From Myxococcota bacterium (GTDB lineage: Bacteria > Myxococcota_A > UBA9160 > PR03): DNA of 64,000 nucleotides. How positions within the stretch are numbered: the stretch's first letter is position 1; every line of letters starts with the position of its first letter. This document shows positions 1 through 9,549 of the stretch, one piece after another. Below the pieces are notes generated by a model. That model was given only the letters and a program-made list of their open reading frames with translations. It ran no database searches and was not told the origin of the DNA. The DNA is taken from positions 1-64,000 of the forward strand of contig JBFIML010000010.1 in the NCBI GenBank assembly GCA_041611735.1, given 5' to 3'. Both the position numbers and the translations under genes were made by a program.

Positions 1-138
1 AACCGCAAGACCGGCCCGGCCCGGGCCATGGTGCGCGCCAGCCACTCCCAGAGCGCCTGGCGCGAGCGCCTGCACGGCAAGCAGGTGCGCGACACCAACT
101 GGACCCTGGGCGTCGGCGTGGTGGTGGACTTCTTCTAG
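1..138 (+). CDS. C-terminal fragment of a probable outer-membrane beta-barrel protein (5' end outside window)
   Basis: Frame 1 is open from base 1 to TAG at 136-138 with high-GC3 codons and ends ...NWTLGVGVVVDFF*, an amphipathic strand with terminal Phe (beta-signal-like). Confidence 0.5.
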   Translation, partial: NRKTGPARAMVRASHSQSAWRERLHGKQVRDTNWTLGVGVVVDFF

Positions 139-168
139 CCCGCCGCCCCGCCCCGCGCCGCCGTCTTC

Positions 169-473
169 TCACAACGTCCGCAGCGGGCCGCAGTCCTCGA
201 AGGGCGTCCCGTCCAGGAGCTCGCCCGCGAGGCAGGCCGCGGCGTCGCCGGGGGCGATTCCCGTCTCCGGCACCCGGAAGTGCCGGCCGTCCGTCGCTGC
301 CCACGTCCGCCTGGTGCCCGAGGCTTTGGTGCGCCTTGCGGGCGCCGTCCGGGCCGAAGGCGAGGGTGGTGCGGTCCACCTGGGCCACGTCGAGGTCGTC
401 CGTGTCGAGCAGCATCACGCGCACGACGCCCTGCTTGCGCACGTTGACGGGTGCCGGCCCGGGCCCGATCTGG
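169..473 (-). pseudogene. Frameshifted, 5'-truncated remnant of an extracellular Ca-binding-like C-terminal domain
   Basis: Minus strand reads QIGPGPAPVNVRKQGVVRVMLLDTDDLDVAQVDRTTLAFGPDGARKAHQSLGHQADVGSDGRP, shifts frame near 283, then HFRVPETGIAPGDAAACLAGELLDGTPFEDCGPLRTL* (stop 169-171). No start was found before the composition change at about 480. Confidence 0.6.
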
Positions 474-593
474 AGCCCTCTCGACCCTTCGGGGAACTCC
501 GATCCTTTTCGCTTGCGCTCTTGAACTACTCCTCGGAGGGCGAGGCGAGCACTACCCGTTTGGGTAGGTGGGACGGGAACGTGGTCCCGAAGC

Positions 594-1448
594 CTATTCG
601 AGCGCGCGTTGCTGCTCGAGGGTTCCCACCGAGAACAGCCGGTCGTCGATCTCCGGGTTCACCTGGAGGTCCGTGATCACGATCTCGGTCATCGTGCCCC
701 GCAGGGCATTGCGGGCCAGCAGGCGGGTCGGGAGCACGTGGCCCGCGGCTCTTACCATGTCGGGGCGCGGCGCCTCGAGCGTGCGGAACGGCTCCGATGC
801 ACCCCGCTTGAAGTAGTCCGTGGCGAGGATCGCCTGGTCGCTCCGGGCCACCACGAAGTCCACGAACTCGTAGGATTGGGGCCGCACGGGGCGAGCCCGG
901 ATGCGGAGCGCGGGCTCGCCGGTCACCTCCTCCTCGCGTACCGACTCGATCTCGAAGTCCGCCACCCTGCGCCGCTCGAAGTCCTCGTAGGTGATGTCGC
1001 TGCCCAGGAAGGAGTCGGCCCGCTGCGCCGAGCTGATCCGACGCACCTTTCGCATCGACGGCAGATAGACGAAGGTTTCTTCGCTCTGCCCCGGCACCTC
1101 GATCGTCATGATCGTCATGCCCCGTAGATGAACCGGCTCGAGAAGACGGCCGATGGAGCGCAGACGCCCGTCGATTCGCTTGCTGACCGTATCGAAAAGA
1201 CGCCGACGCTCTCCGCCACGACCGTCCCGCATGATGAGCTCGATCTGCGCCGTGGTGTCGCAGTCGTAGCGATTCGCGAATGCACGCTCGAGGGTCCTTG
1301 GCGCATCGAAAAGGTGTTCTTCCGCCTCAAGAGCAACCCGGTCCGCGGGGTCCGCACCGATCGGACCCGCGCCCAAGCCGAGCGCGACGCCCACTACCGC
1401 AAGTGCCCGGCGTCGGAACGTCGTCCCCGTTCCCGAAATTCGACTCAT
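594..1448 (-). CDS. Outer membrane lipoprotein-sorting protein (LolA-like fold, MMPL-associated)
   Basis: Signal peptide; family motifs YLPSMRKVRRIS, SFLGSDITYEDF and C-terminal NPEIDDRLFS. Confidence 0.85.
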   Translation of the reverse strand: MSRISGTGTTFRRRALAVVGVALGLGAGPIGADPADRVALEAEEHLFDAPRTLERAFANRYDCDTTAQIELIMRDGRGGERRRLFDTVSKRIDGRLRSIGRLLEPVHLRGMTIMTIEVPGQSEETFVYLPSMRKVRRISSAQRADSFLGSDITYEDFERRRVADFEIESVREEEVTGEPALRIRARPVRPQSYEFVDFVVARSDQAILATDYFKRGASEPFRTLEAPRPDMVRAAGHVLPTRLLARNALRGTMTEIVITDLQVNPEIDDRLFSVGTLEQQRALE

Positions 1449-1560
1449 CGATGAGAAGCCAACAAAGGCAGCGAAGCACCCGACGCTGTCAAGTATCTCA
1501 ATGGCTCCGTCTCATGTGCGAAAGCGTCCCCAAGTGTCCGTCCCACAGGAGGTCATGGTT

Positions 1561-3915
1561 TCAAGCCCCTGCCGCACTTCCCGGAAATCGCCCTGGTACA
1601 CGCAAGTCCGCCAGCGTGCCTCCTCCAGGATTCTCCCGTAGCTCGATCGTACCCCCCAGGGCCGCCACGATCTCACGGCTCACGGTGAGGCCTACGCCGG
1701 AACCACCCTGCTGCGCTCGCGTGGTGAAGCCCAGCTCGAATGCCTCCTTGCGCTCTCGCTCGCTCATTCCGCAGCCACGGTCCCTCACGGTGATGCGGAC
1801 GGCGTCCTTCTCTCTGGTCCCGAATACATGAACTGAGCGATCCTTGGGGCTCGCAATCAAGGCATTGTCGATGACATTGAGCAACACTCGCTCGACATTC
1901 TCGTGCACCTCGACACTTCGCAGCCCGGGCTCGAGGCTATGGAGGATCCGTCCGGGCCCGTGGATCCGGCACAGTGCCCGCTCCGCCCGAGCCAGCAGAT
2001 CGTCGAGCCTGGCCATGCCCGCCTCGCTATTGGCAGAGCTCGTAGCGTCCTGCACAAAGCAGCGAATCGTCTTGAGCAGATCCTCAGCGAGTTCCTGGAT
2101 CACACTCATGTCCCGATGAGCCCGCTCACCATCCTCGAGTCGTGCAGGAAGACGTCGCGCGAGGGCTCCGATCAGCCCCACTTCCTTTCCGAGGTCGTGG
2201 GCGAGCGCTAGAGCAGTGCGGCCCGTCGTAGCACGACGCTCACTGACAACCAGCTCGTTGGCGAGCGCTGCGTTGTGCAGCGCCACGGCCGCACGATGGG
2301 TAGCCATCGTCGTGAAGTCGAGGTCGATCCGGGTATAGGGGGTTGCAGACAGCGACGGGCCCAGCAGAAGAAGTCCGTGGACATTGTCGCGGTGAGCGAT
2401 GAGGGCGATGAGTTCAATCCCTGCCTGGTGCAGGGAACGTGCGCACGAATCCGGAGGGCTGGCGGTCAGGTCAGCGATCTGAGCGAGCGACCGTGCACCG
2501 AGAAACTCCGAAGCCATCTGCACCAACGCGACCCGTGCTGGCGGGTTCTCTCCGAAAGGATATGCGGGCTCCCAATCGCGACCTGCCCCAAGGAAGACGC
2601 ATCCACCGGACGGCGCGAGGGCTTCGCGTAGCGTATCGCCGAGCAGCCGGGCTACCGCATGGTTTCCTTGCAGTTCGTCGATTCGCCTGCCGTAGTCGGT
2701 GCCCAGGCTTCGGAGCAGCTCGAGGCGGGGGAGCAGCTTTCCTTCCACCCAACCGAGAAGCCGGCTCCGAGCCAGCTCGAGGCCACCAATGCAAACCAAA
2801 GCGACCCCAAACAGGAGGACCGGATCCCGGAGCGGATGATGGCTGCCGATGAGCACGAACCAGGTCTCGAACACCAGCGTGATCAGACCCGCGGCAGCTG
2901 CGTAGTATACGCACCGGGCTATCCAGGCCCGCGCGTCGTCACGCAGGTTCAAGAGGTTGTATCGGCTGATGGAGAAGGCAATCGGTAGAGGGATCAGCAC
3001 GATGGAGGCGCCCAAATAGATCGCCAAGGTGGCCGGAGGATCGCTGCCGAAGCGCGCGAGCACAGGGGTGGGCAGAATCGGGAGAAGCAGCGCTCCATAG
3101 AGGAGCACGCGGGCGCGCGTACGTTCGAGCGGGGAATCCGATTCCCGCACGGCAAAGAAGCACGACAGCAGGAGTACCGCCCAGGCTCCGAGCGAAAGAG
3201 CCAGCAGCAGGTACACCACCGTGGGCCAAAGGAGCGGATCTCGCTCCATGGCGGCAAACGCGGCCACTCCAAGGATCGCACTGAGACCGTAGGGGACGAA
3301 GACGACAGCAGGTGCGTCGATCATCACCTTCCGTTCCCGAGGAAACGCGAAACTGAGATGGCTCAGGATCGCGGGCGCCATCACGGCGGCCAGCAATGCG
3401 AGTCGATTTAGCCATAGCGACCCCCGCCCTGCGATCAGCATCACGACGATCACGGAGAGGGCCGAGTAGAGAAAGGCGAACGGAAGGGCAGCAGGCGATC
3501 GTGATCGGACAAGTAACAGCATTGGCAGACACAGGAGACCGACCGCAACCAGCGTCGCGGAGAGCAGGCGCAACAGCCTTGCTTCCCACGAGAGCGCTGC
3601 GATCGGGATATCCTGCCAAGTTGCCTGACCTTCGCGAATCACGGAAACCCGAAGACTTGACCCCGAACGAGCCACGGCCGCCTGAAGATCCTCTAGTCCA
3701 GCGATGGCAATTGGATAGGGCCCCCCGACTTCTGCCACCTCGATTCTCTCATGAGGCCGAAGCGGGCAAAGATCCGCAGCCCCAGGAAAGAGCGCCACCC
3801 GAATGTTTGGGAGCACCCAACAGCCGAGCTCCTTGTCACTCGTGACCTGCATAAGGCTGAGCGCAGCCAATAGGACAGCCAAGCCGGGCGGCAGGACCGC
3901 GCACGTTATCAACAT
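1561..3915 (-). CDS. Multi-TM sensor histidine kinase (periplasmic domain, TM bundle, GAF-like, HisKA, HATPase_c)
   Basis: H-box LAHDLGKEV, N-box NVIDNA, DRGCG, GFTT, GSGVGL. Start set at ATG 3915, just downstream of the MMPL stop; the ORF track extends to 4089. Confidence 0.88.
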   Translation of the reverse strand: MLITCAVLPPGLAVLLAALSLMQVTSDKELGCWVLPNIRVALFPGAADLCPLRPHERIEVAEVGGPYPIAIAGLEDLQAAVARSGSSLRVSVIREGQATWQDIPIAALSWEARLLRLLSATLVAVGLLCLPMLLLVRSRSPAALPFAFLYSALSVIVVMLIAGRGSLWLNRLALLAAVMAPAILSHLSFAFPRERKVMIDAPAVVFVPYGLSAILGVAAFAAMERDPLLWPTVVYLLLALSLGAWAVLLLSCFFAVRESDSPLERTRARVLLYGALLLPILPTPVLARFGSDPPATLAIYLGASIVLIPLPIAFSISRYNLLNLRDDARAWIARCVYYAAAAGLITLVFETWFVLIGSHHPLRDPVLLFGVALVCIGGLELARSRLLGWVEGKLLPRLELLRSLGTDYGRRIDELQGNHAVARLLGDTLREALAPSGGCVFLGAGRDWEPAYPFGENPPARVALVQMASEFLGARSLAQIADLTASPPDSCARSLHQAGIELIALIAHRDNVHGLLLLGPSLSATPYTRIDLDFTTMATHRAAVALHNAALANELVVSERRATTGRTALALAHDLGKEVGLIGALARRLPARLEDGERAHRDMSVIQELAEDLLKTIRCFVQDATSSANSEAGMARLDDLLARAERALCRIHGPGRILHSLEPGLRSVEVHENVERVLLNVIDNALIASPKDRSVHVFGTREKDAVRITVRDRGCGMSERERKEAFELGFTTRAQQGGSGVGLTVSREIVAALGGTIELRENPGGGTLADLRVPGRFPGSAAGA

Positions 3916-3938
3916 CTTCCTTCGCGATAACGCGGGCT

Positions 3939-6260
3939 TTATTCCCACACGCGACTCTGTCTGCCGACCGAGGAGTGCATCTCCTTCGAAGCGACGCAAA
4001 TCAAGGCTGGCAAAACAAAGATGTCCGCTCCAAGAGCTCCTAGTATCGAAAGTGAAACAAGGACTCCAAAGCTTGAGACCGTTTGCCAAGCAGATGCGAC
4101 CAGCGTCAAGAAGCCGAGCGATAGTGCCAATGAGGTCGTGATCACTGCCGGGCCAACATGCATGACCGCGGCTCTTATCGCACCAGTTGGCTCAAGGCCG
4201 CTGCCTCGATGCCGCTTGTACTGGGTCAGAAGATGAATGCTGTCATCCACCGCAATTCCAAGCAAGACAGCTGCGATCATGGCACGACCGACGTCTAGAC
4301 TCATCCCCACCCATCCCATCGCACCGAGCGTGACGACCACCGGAATCACCGTTGGTATCATTGCAGCCACGGCCAATACGACAGAGCGCAGGAAGACAGC
4401 AACTAGTACGGTTACAAGCGCAAGCGCAGCCGGGAAGCTTCTCAGCTGAGTGGTCTGAAGGTCTCGGGTCCAGTCATGATTAATTACCAGAGCACCCGTA
4501 AGAGAAACTGACCAGTCGTCTGGGAGCTGGTTCTGAAGAAGCTTTCGCACCTCTCTCAAGACTCGGGTCCGTTCCGCATTGGGGAGCTCCGGCGCCTCCA
4601 CTGAGACCCGGAATCTCGATCTGTCGAAGCTGATCCACCGATCCACCCATCCGCTGTCTTCAAGGGAGATAAGGTCGATCAGTTCACTGTTCGCAGCTTC
4701 CGTCTCCGCAGGTCGTTCGAACTGAGGATCGTTTCCGTGCAGCAACCGATTGAGACGGCCTAGAAGATCAAGGATACTGGTCGAAGCTCCCAGCCCCTCG
4801 ATCGTCTGCAACTCCTCTGAGAGGCGCTTGACTCGGGCCAGCGTTTCTGGCGATTCAAGTCGCACCTCCTCGGGCAACTGGATCTCAACCTCAAGGCTGG
4901 CGGACGGTCGAACGCGCCTCTCCAAGAAGCGAATTGATCTTACCGTGGCGCTGCGTTCGCCAATGAGTTCGTACCAGTAGGTGTCTACGCGTAGGTAGAC
5001 AAGCCATCCGACTGCACAGAAGATGGAAACTGCGCATGTGAAGATTAGGATGGTGCCCGGCCGACGCGTCGATACTGCCGTGACAGCTGAGAGCGCTCCG
5101 TTCCATGAGGTAGGCGCTGGGCTCGACGTTTGACGAGAAGAAGGGCAACAGCGGAACAACAGCAAGGGCAACAGAGAGAAGGTGAGAATGAGGCAGGCGA
5201 TCACACCAAACGCCGCGATGATGCCAAAACGGAAGAACGTAGCCAACGAACTGGTGCAGAATGACAGAAGTGCTCCAGCAGTCGTGACGGACGTGACTAG
5301 GCACGGCCCTGCTACGTCCTTTGCCGCATTGCGTAGTGCTGGGATCGGGTTCTCTGCCGGTCCGCTCGATAGCTCTATGGACCAACGAGACAGTAGGTGG
5401 ATGGCGTCGCAAGTTCCGATAGCGAGAACTAGTGCCGGAAGAATCTCCAAAATTGCGTCGCGCGGCCACCCTAGCCAGCCGAGAAGACCGAACGTCCAAA
5501 GCAAAGCGATGCCCACGCTGATCATCGCAAATAGGGTGTTACGCCATGATCGCGACAGCGAAAAGAGTACGAAGGCGATGGTCAGGATTGTGAAAGGAAT
5601 GAGCGCCGCCATGCTTGTTGTAAGTTCGGCGCCCGCGATTACAGAGGAAACTGAGTTGCCAACTAAGTGGAACTCGAAGCCTCGTTGCTTGTAGGGCTCT
5701 AGGGCTTGCTGGATTGCTCGCAGGATGTGGACATCAGTGGCGTTCCTAGTGTCTGAAGTCTGGACCAGGATCACGCCAATTTGGCCGTCTGGGGAGATGA
5801 AAGTGCGGACCCACAGCGGATCAGCAAGGGCGTGGGTCTTGAGGTCAGCCGCGTCAGCAACGGGTTTGTCCGCTTCGACAAGCCGACGGATCGAGAAACC
5901 ACCGGGAGTTGGGACGAGAAGTGGAGCATTAGATGGCCCCACGACGCTCCTGATGCCGTCGATCGGAGTAAGAACTTGAGTGATAGCATGGGCCATTCCA
6001 AGCGATGTCTGATCAAAGATGGTCTCGCAGGGCAGGCGGGGGCCGCACGTCCACGCGAGCTGAATAGGTAGTCCGCCTCCAAAGCGGCTGATGGTTGTCT
6101 CGAGCGTTTGGATTGAGGGATGCGCATCGCCAAGGAGCACGCGATACCCAAACTCGGTGTGAACCCGGGGGAGGCCAGCACCGAGGCCGATGGTTATCGC
6201 TAGGAGGGCTAGTGCGGTGGTCTTAGGGAAGCGTAGGGAGAGCTCAGTCAGGTGATGCAA
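3939..6260 (-). CDS. MMPL/RND-family lipid exporter
   Basis: 773 aa with two repeats of periplasmic loop plus TM block; TM4/TM10 motifs LAIGTCDAIH and LGIAVDDSIH. Confidence 0.9.
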   Translation of the reverse strand: MHHLTELSLRFPKTTALALLAITIGLGAGLPRVHTEFGYRVLLGDAHPSIQTLETTISRFGGGLPIQLAWTCGPRLPCETIFDQTSLGMAHAITQVLTPIDGIRSVVGPSNAPLLVPTPGGFSIRRLVEADKPVADAADLKTHALADPLWVRTFISPDGQIGVILVQTSDTRNATDVHILRAIQQALEPYKQRGFEFHLVGNSVSSVIAGAELTTSMAALIPFTILTIAFVLFSLSRSWRNTLFAMISVGIALLWTFGLLGWLGWPRDAILEILPALVLAIGTCDAIHLLSRWSIELSSGPAENPIPALRNAAKDVAGPCLVTSVTTAGALLSFCTSSLATFFRFGIIAAFGVIACLILTFSLLPLLLFRCCPSSRQTSSPAPTSWNGALSAVTAVSTRRPGTILIFTCAVSIFCAVGWLVYLRVDTYWYELIGERSATVRSIRFLERRVRPSASLEVEIQLPEEVRLESPETLARVKRLSEELQTIEGLGASTSILDLLGRLNRLLHGNDPQFERPAETEAANSELIDLISLEDSGWVDRWISFDRSRFRVSVEAPELPNAERTRVLREVRKLLQNQLPDDWSVSLTGALVINHDWTRDLQTTQLRSFPAALALVTVLVAVFLRSVVLAVAAMIPTVIPVVVTLGAMGWVGMSLDVGRAMIAAVLLGIAVDDSIHLLTQYKRHRGSGLEPTGAIRAAVMHVGPAVITTSLALSLGFLTLVASAWQTVSSFGVLVSLSILGALGADIFVLPALICVASKEMHSSVGRQSRVWE

Positions 6261-6280
6261 TGGGGTGCGCTCGCTGGAAG

Positions 6281-7516
6281 CTACGCGTCGCTGTTCAGGC
6301 GGATTCCGTGTTTGGCAATCAGCCGATAGATGGCAGTCCGACTCCGTCCGAGTCGTTCGGCAGCCTGGGCCACATTGCCGCCGGTCTCGCGAATCGCGCG
6401 GAGCAGTGCGGCCCGTTCCTGGGCTTGGTGGAGCGCGCGAATCGATGCCACGGTCTCGTCGAACTCGGTCAAGACATCCTTCACTGCGCGCTTCGGGATC
6501 TCGCGACCGCGCGTGAAGGCAATGGCTCGTTCGAGGACCTTCGCAAGTTGTTTGACCCCTCCCGGCCAGGCCTGCGTTTGGAGTAGTTTCACTGCTGCCG
6601 CGGAGAGGCGAACGCCGCCGCGCCCGAGCGAGCTCGCCAACCGGTTGACGAGCGCTTCCGCCAGCAGCGGAACGTCTTCCATGCGTTGGCGAAGGGGAGG
6701 CAGCACGATTTCGAAGCGACGGAGTTCCGCGGCGAGCGCGCGGGAGAACCGGCCGCTCTCCACCAGCACGGCGAGTGGCTCTGAGGCGGAAGCCAGAAGC
6801 CGCGCGTAAGGCCTGAAGTCGCGCTCGGCTGCGTCACGGAGGCGCTCAGCCCAGAAGAGCTGAGCTTTCTCCGAGAGCCGGTCTGTTTGGTCCAGGTAGA
6901 CGACCCCTCGCTCGGGTAGCGGGTCTCCAGGTGCGAAGAAAGGCGCGTCGATGCGCCGGAAGGGGCCGCCCGCGGTCGAGCCGAGGTCGTGGAGCGCGCG
7001 GGCCACGGTGTCGTGTCCGGTGCCGGGCTCGCCGAGGATCAAGACCGGAGTGCGCAGGGGGGCGAGGCCGGCGATGCGACTCCGGAGGCGCACGAGAGCG
7101 GCGCTCGCGCCGACCAACCTTTCTTCCAAGGCCGCGGGGGTCGCCGGGCCGCGGCGAGCGGCCAGCGTATCACGCACGCGCGCGACGAGCTTGTCCACGT
7201 CGACGCTGGTGGAGGAGACGAAGTCGTCCGCGCCGGACTTGAGCGCCGCAACCGCGGTCTCGACGGAGCCATGGGCGCTGAACAGGATCACGGGTACCTC
7301 GGAACGCTCGCGGATGCGTCCGAGGAGCTCGATCCCATCACTGCGCGGCATCACCATGTCCGTGATCACGAGGTCCGGGCGGTGGTGGCAGAAGCGCTCC
7401 CAGGCCTCGCGGCCGTTGCCAGCGACGATCACGTCGAAGCCTGCGTCCTCGAGCTCGGTGGCGAGGACGCGTCGTGCCAACACCTGATCGTCGACGACGA
7501 GGATGGTTCCAGGCAT
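6281..7516 (-). CDS. NtrC-family response regulator (REC-AAA-Fis HTH) with a degenerate AAA+ domain
   Basis: REC motifs LVVDD, DMVMP, FSAHG; AAA remnants ILGEPGTGH, LPPLRQRMED, WPGGVKQL; HTH GGNVAQAAERLGRSRTAIYR. ATG at 7516. Confidence 0.88.
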   Translation of the reverse strand: MPGTILVVDDQVLARRVLATELEDAGFDVIVAGNGREAWERFCHHRPDLVITDMVMPRSDGIELLGRIRERSEVPVILFSAHGSVETAVAALKSGADDFVSSTSVDVDKLVARVRDTLAARRGPATPAALEERLVGASAALVRLRSRIAGLAPLRTPVLILGEPGTGHDTVARALHDLGSTAGGPFRRIDAPFFAPGDPLPERGVVYLDQTDRLSEKAQLFWAERLRDAAERDFRPYARLLASASEPLAVLVESGRFSRALAAELRRFEIVLPPLRQRMEDVPLLAEALVNRLASSLGRGGVRLSAAAVKLLQTQAWPGGVKQLAKVLERAIAFTRGREIPKRAVKDVLTEFDETVASIRALHQAQERAALLRAIRETGGNVAQAAERLGRSRTAIYRLIAKHGIRLNSDA

Positions 7517-7725
7517 CGCGTGGCACCCCGGCGGCTCCCCCGGGGCGCAGGGGCCGCCTGGCCGTTGTCCTGATCCCGATCCTACCAGCATCGCGCGGGC
7601 CGGGGTTCTTGCGCGTGCCCTGCCTGTCGGCGCGAAGCGCGTCCGGGTGTGTGCGCTTGTGTCTCCGGCGGCGGGAGCCACGCCCGTGCGGGCCTGGCGC
7701 CCGCGCGACGACGCGGTGCGTCGTC

Positions 7726-9087
7726 TCAGGCCTCCGCCGCGTAGAGGCGCCAGGCGCCCGGGATGCCCTTGAGCTCGTGGGTGCCGCGCTCCGCGAAGCG
7801 CAGGCCCGAGCCGTGCACGAGGTCGCGCACGGTGCTCGAGACCCACACCTCGCCGGCCTTGGCCAGGGCCGCCACGCGCGCGCCCGTGTGGACGGCGATC
7901 CCGCTCACCTTCTCGCCGAGCCGCTCGCACTCGCCCGTGTGGAGGCCCGTGCGGAGCTCGAGGCCGAGCGGGCGCACCGCGTCGCCCAGGGCCAGGGCGC
8001 AGCGCACCGCCCGCGCCGGGCCGTCGAAGGTGGCGAAGAGGCCGTCGCCGGCGCTGTCCACCTCGTGGCCGCGGAAGCGCGCGATCTCGCGCCGGGCCGC
8101 CTCGTGGAAGCGCGCCAGCAAGTCGCGCCACGGGCGGTCGCCCAGGGCCGCGGCCCGCTCCGTGGAGCCCACGATGTCCGTGAAGAGCACCGTGGCCAGG
8201 ATGCGGTCCGCCTCGGGCGCCGGCCGCGCCCCGGTCAGGAACTCCTGCGTCTCGTCGGCGAGCGCGTCCACGTCGCCCACCCAGGCCAGGTGGTCGGCGC
8301 CCGGGAGCTCCACGAGCCGGGCGCCGGGGATGTGCTCCGCCAGGTAGCGGCCCAGGTGGACGTCGATCATGCGGTCGCCGGTGCGGTGCAGGACGAGCGT
8401 CGGCACGCGGATCGAGGCGAGGACGGGGCGGACGTCGATCTCCATGTTCATGCGGTAGAGGGCGGTGGCGGCGCCCGGGCTCGCGCCCATGCGCAGGAAG
8501 CGCGCCCAGCGGCTGCGTGCGTCCGGGTCGTCGGCCACGCTCGGCGCCATCAGGTGGAGGCCGATGGGGCGCCCCCAGGTCTCCGCGAAGGCGCGCAGCG
8601 CCCGCTCGTGCTGCTCGCGCGGCAGGGCCCAGGGGTCGTCGGGGCCCTGGATCCAGTGGGCGTAGCTCCCGTAGACGACCAGGGCCTCGGTGCGCTCCGG
8701 GTAGGTGGCGGCGAAGAGCAGGCTCATGGGGCCGCCCTCGGAGATGCCGAACAGGGTGGCGCGCTCGGAGTGCGCGGCGTCCATCACCGCGCGCAGGTCG
8801 TCCATGCGCTGCTCGAGGGTCGGGAGCTCGCCCTCGCTGACGCGGTCCGAGAGGCCGGTCCCGCGCTTGTCGAAGACGAGCAGGCGCCGGAAGGAGGCCA
8901 GGCGGCTCACCAGGCGCGTGAAGCCCGGGTCCTCCCAGATGAGCTCCAGGTGCGAGATCCAGCCCGGCACGAAGACCAGGTCGCGGGAGCCGTCGCCCAC
9001 CACCTGGTAGGCGATGTTCACGCCACCGCTGCGGGCGTACTGGGTGCGCGGGGGCTTGCCCGGGCCCGGCGGGGCGCCAGCGCTCAC
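7726..9087 (-). CDS. Alpha/beta-hydrolase fused to a class III adenylate/guanylate cyclase (LipJ/Rv1900c-like)
   Basis: FDKRGTGLSD and GISEGG hydrolase motifs; TVLFTDIVGST, GDG, GLHTGE and AVHTGARV cyclase motifs. GTG start overlaps the upstream GFA stop (GTGA). Confidence 0.9.
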   Translation of the reverse strand: MSAGAPPGPGKPPRTQYARSGGVNIAYQVVGDGSRDLVFVPGWISHLELIWEDPGFTRLVSRLASFRRLLVFDKRGTGLSDRVSEGELPTLEQRMDDLRAVMDAAHSERATLFGISEGGPMSLLFAATYPERTEALVVYGSYAHWIQGPDDPWALPREQHERALRAFAETWGRPIGLHLMAPSVADDPDARSRWARFLRMGASPGAATALYRMNMEIDVRPVLASIRVPTLVLHRTGDRMIDVHLGRYLAEHIPGARLVELPGADHLAWVGDVDALADETQEFLTGARPAPEADRILATVLFTDIVGSTERAAALGDRPWRDLLARFHEAARREIARFRGHEVDSAGDGLFATFDGPARAVRCALALGDAVRPLGLELRTGLHTGECERLGEKVSGIAVHTGARVAALAKAGEVWVSSTVRDLVHGSGLRFAERGTHELKGIPGAWRLYAAEA

Positions 9088-9485
9088 GGCGCCTCCTCCA
9101 GGGGCGGGAGGGTCGCGGCGTGCTCCTCCCAGTGGGCACCATCGAAGGGCACGACGTGCAGGGACGCCACGCTGCCCGGGTCGAGGCAGCGCGCCGAGAC
9201 GCTGATGCCGTCCGGGTGGGAGCGCGGCACGTAGAACGACTTGATGCCGCACACCCGGCAGAAGAGGTGCTGCGCGGTGCCGGTGTGGAAGCTGTAGGTG
9301 GTGAGCGCGTCCTCGCCCGAGAGGAGCTCGAAGCGCGCGCGCGGCACGATCACGTGCAGGAAGCCCCCGAGCCGGGCGCACATGGAGCAGTTGCAGTCCA
9401 CGGCCTCGAGGTCGGCGGGCGCCTGCACGGCGAAGCGGACGCGTCCGCAGTGGCAGCCGCCCGTGTGTCGGACCCACGCGGGCAT
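9084..9485 (-). CDS. GFA/CENP-V family Zn-binding protein
   Basis: GGCHCGRVRF, CNCSMC and FCRVCG motifs. Confidence 0.92.
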   Translation of the reverse strand: MPAWVRHTGGCHCGRVRFAVQAPADLEAVDCNCSMCARLGGFLHVIVPRARFELLSGEDALTTYSFHTGTAQHLFCRVCGIKSFYVPRSHPDGISVSARCLDPGSVASLHVVPFDGAHWEEHAATLPPLEEAP

Positions 9486-9549
9486 GCCTCGCAGGCCAGT
9501 ATACCCGCAGGGGTGCGGGGACCGTGGCGGCGTCCCTGCGGGCGGGAGA

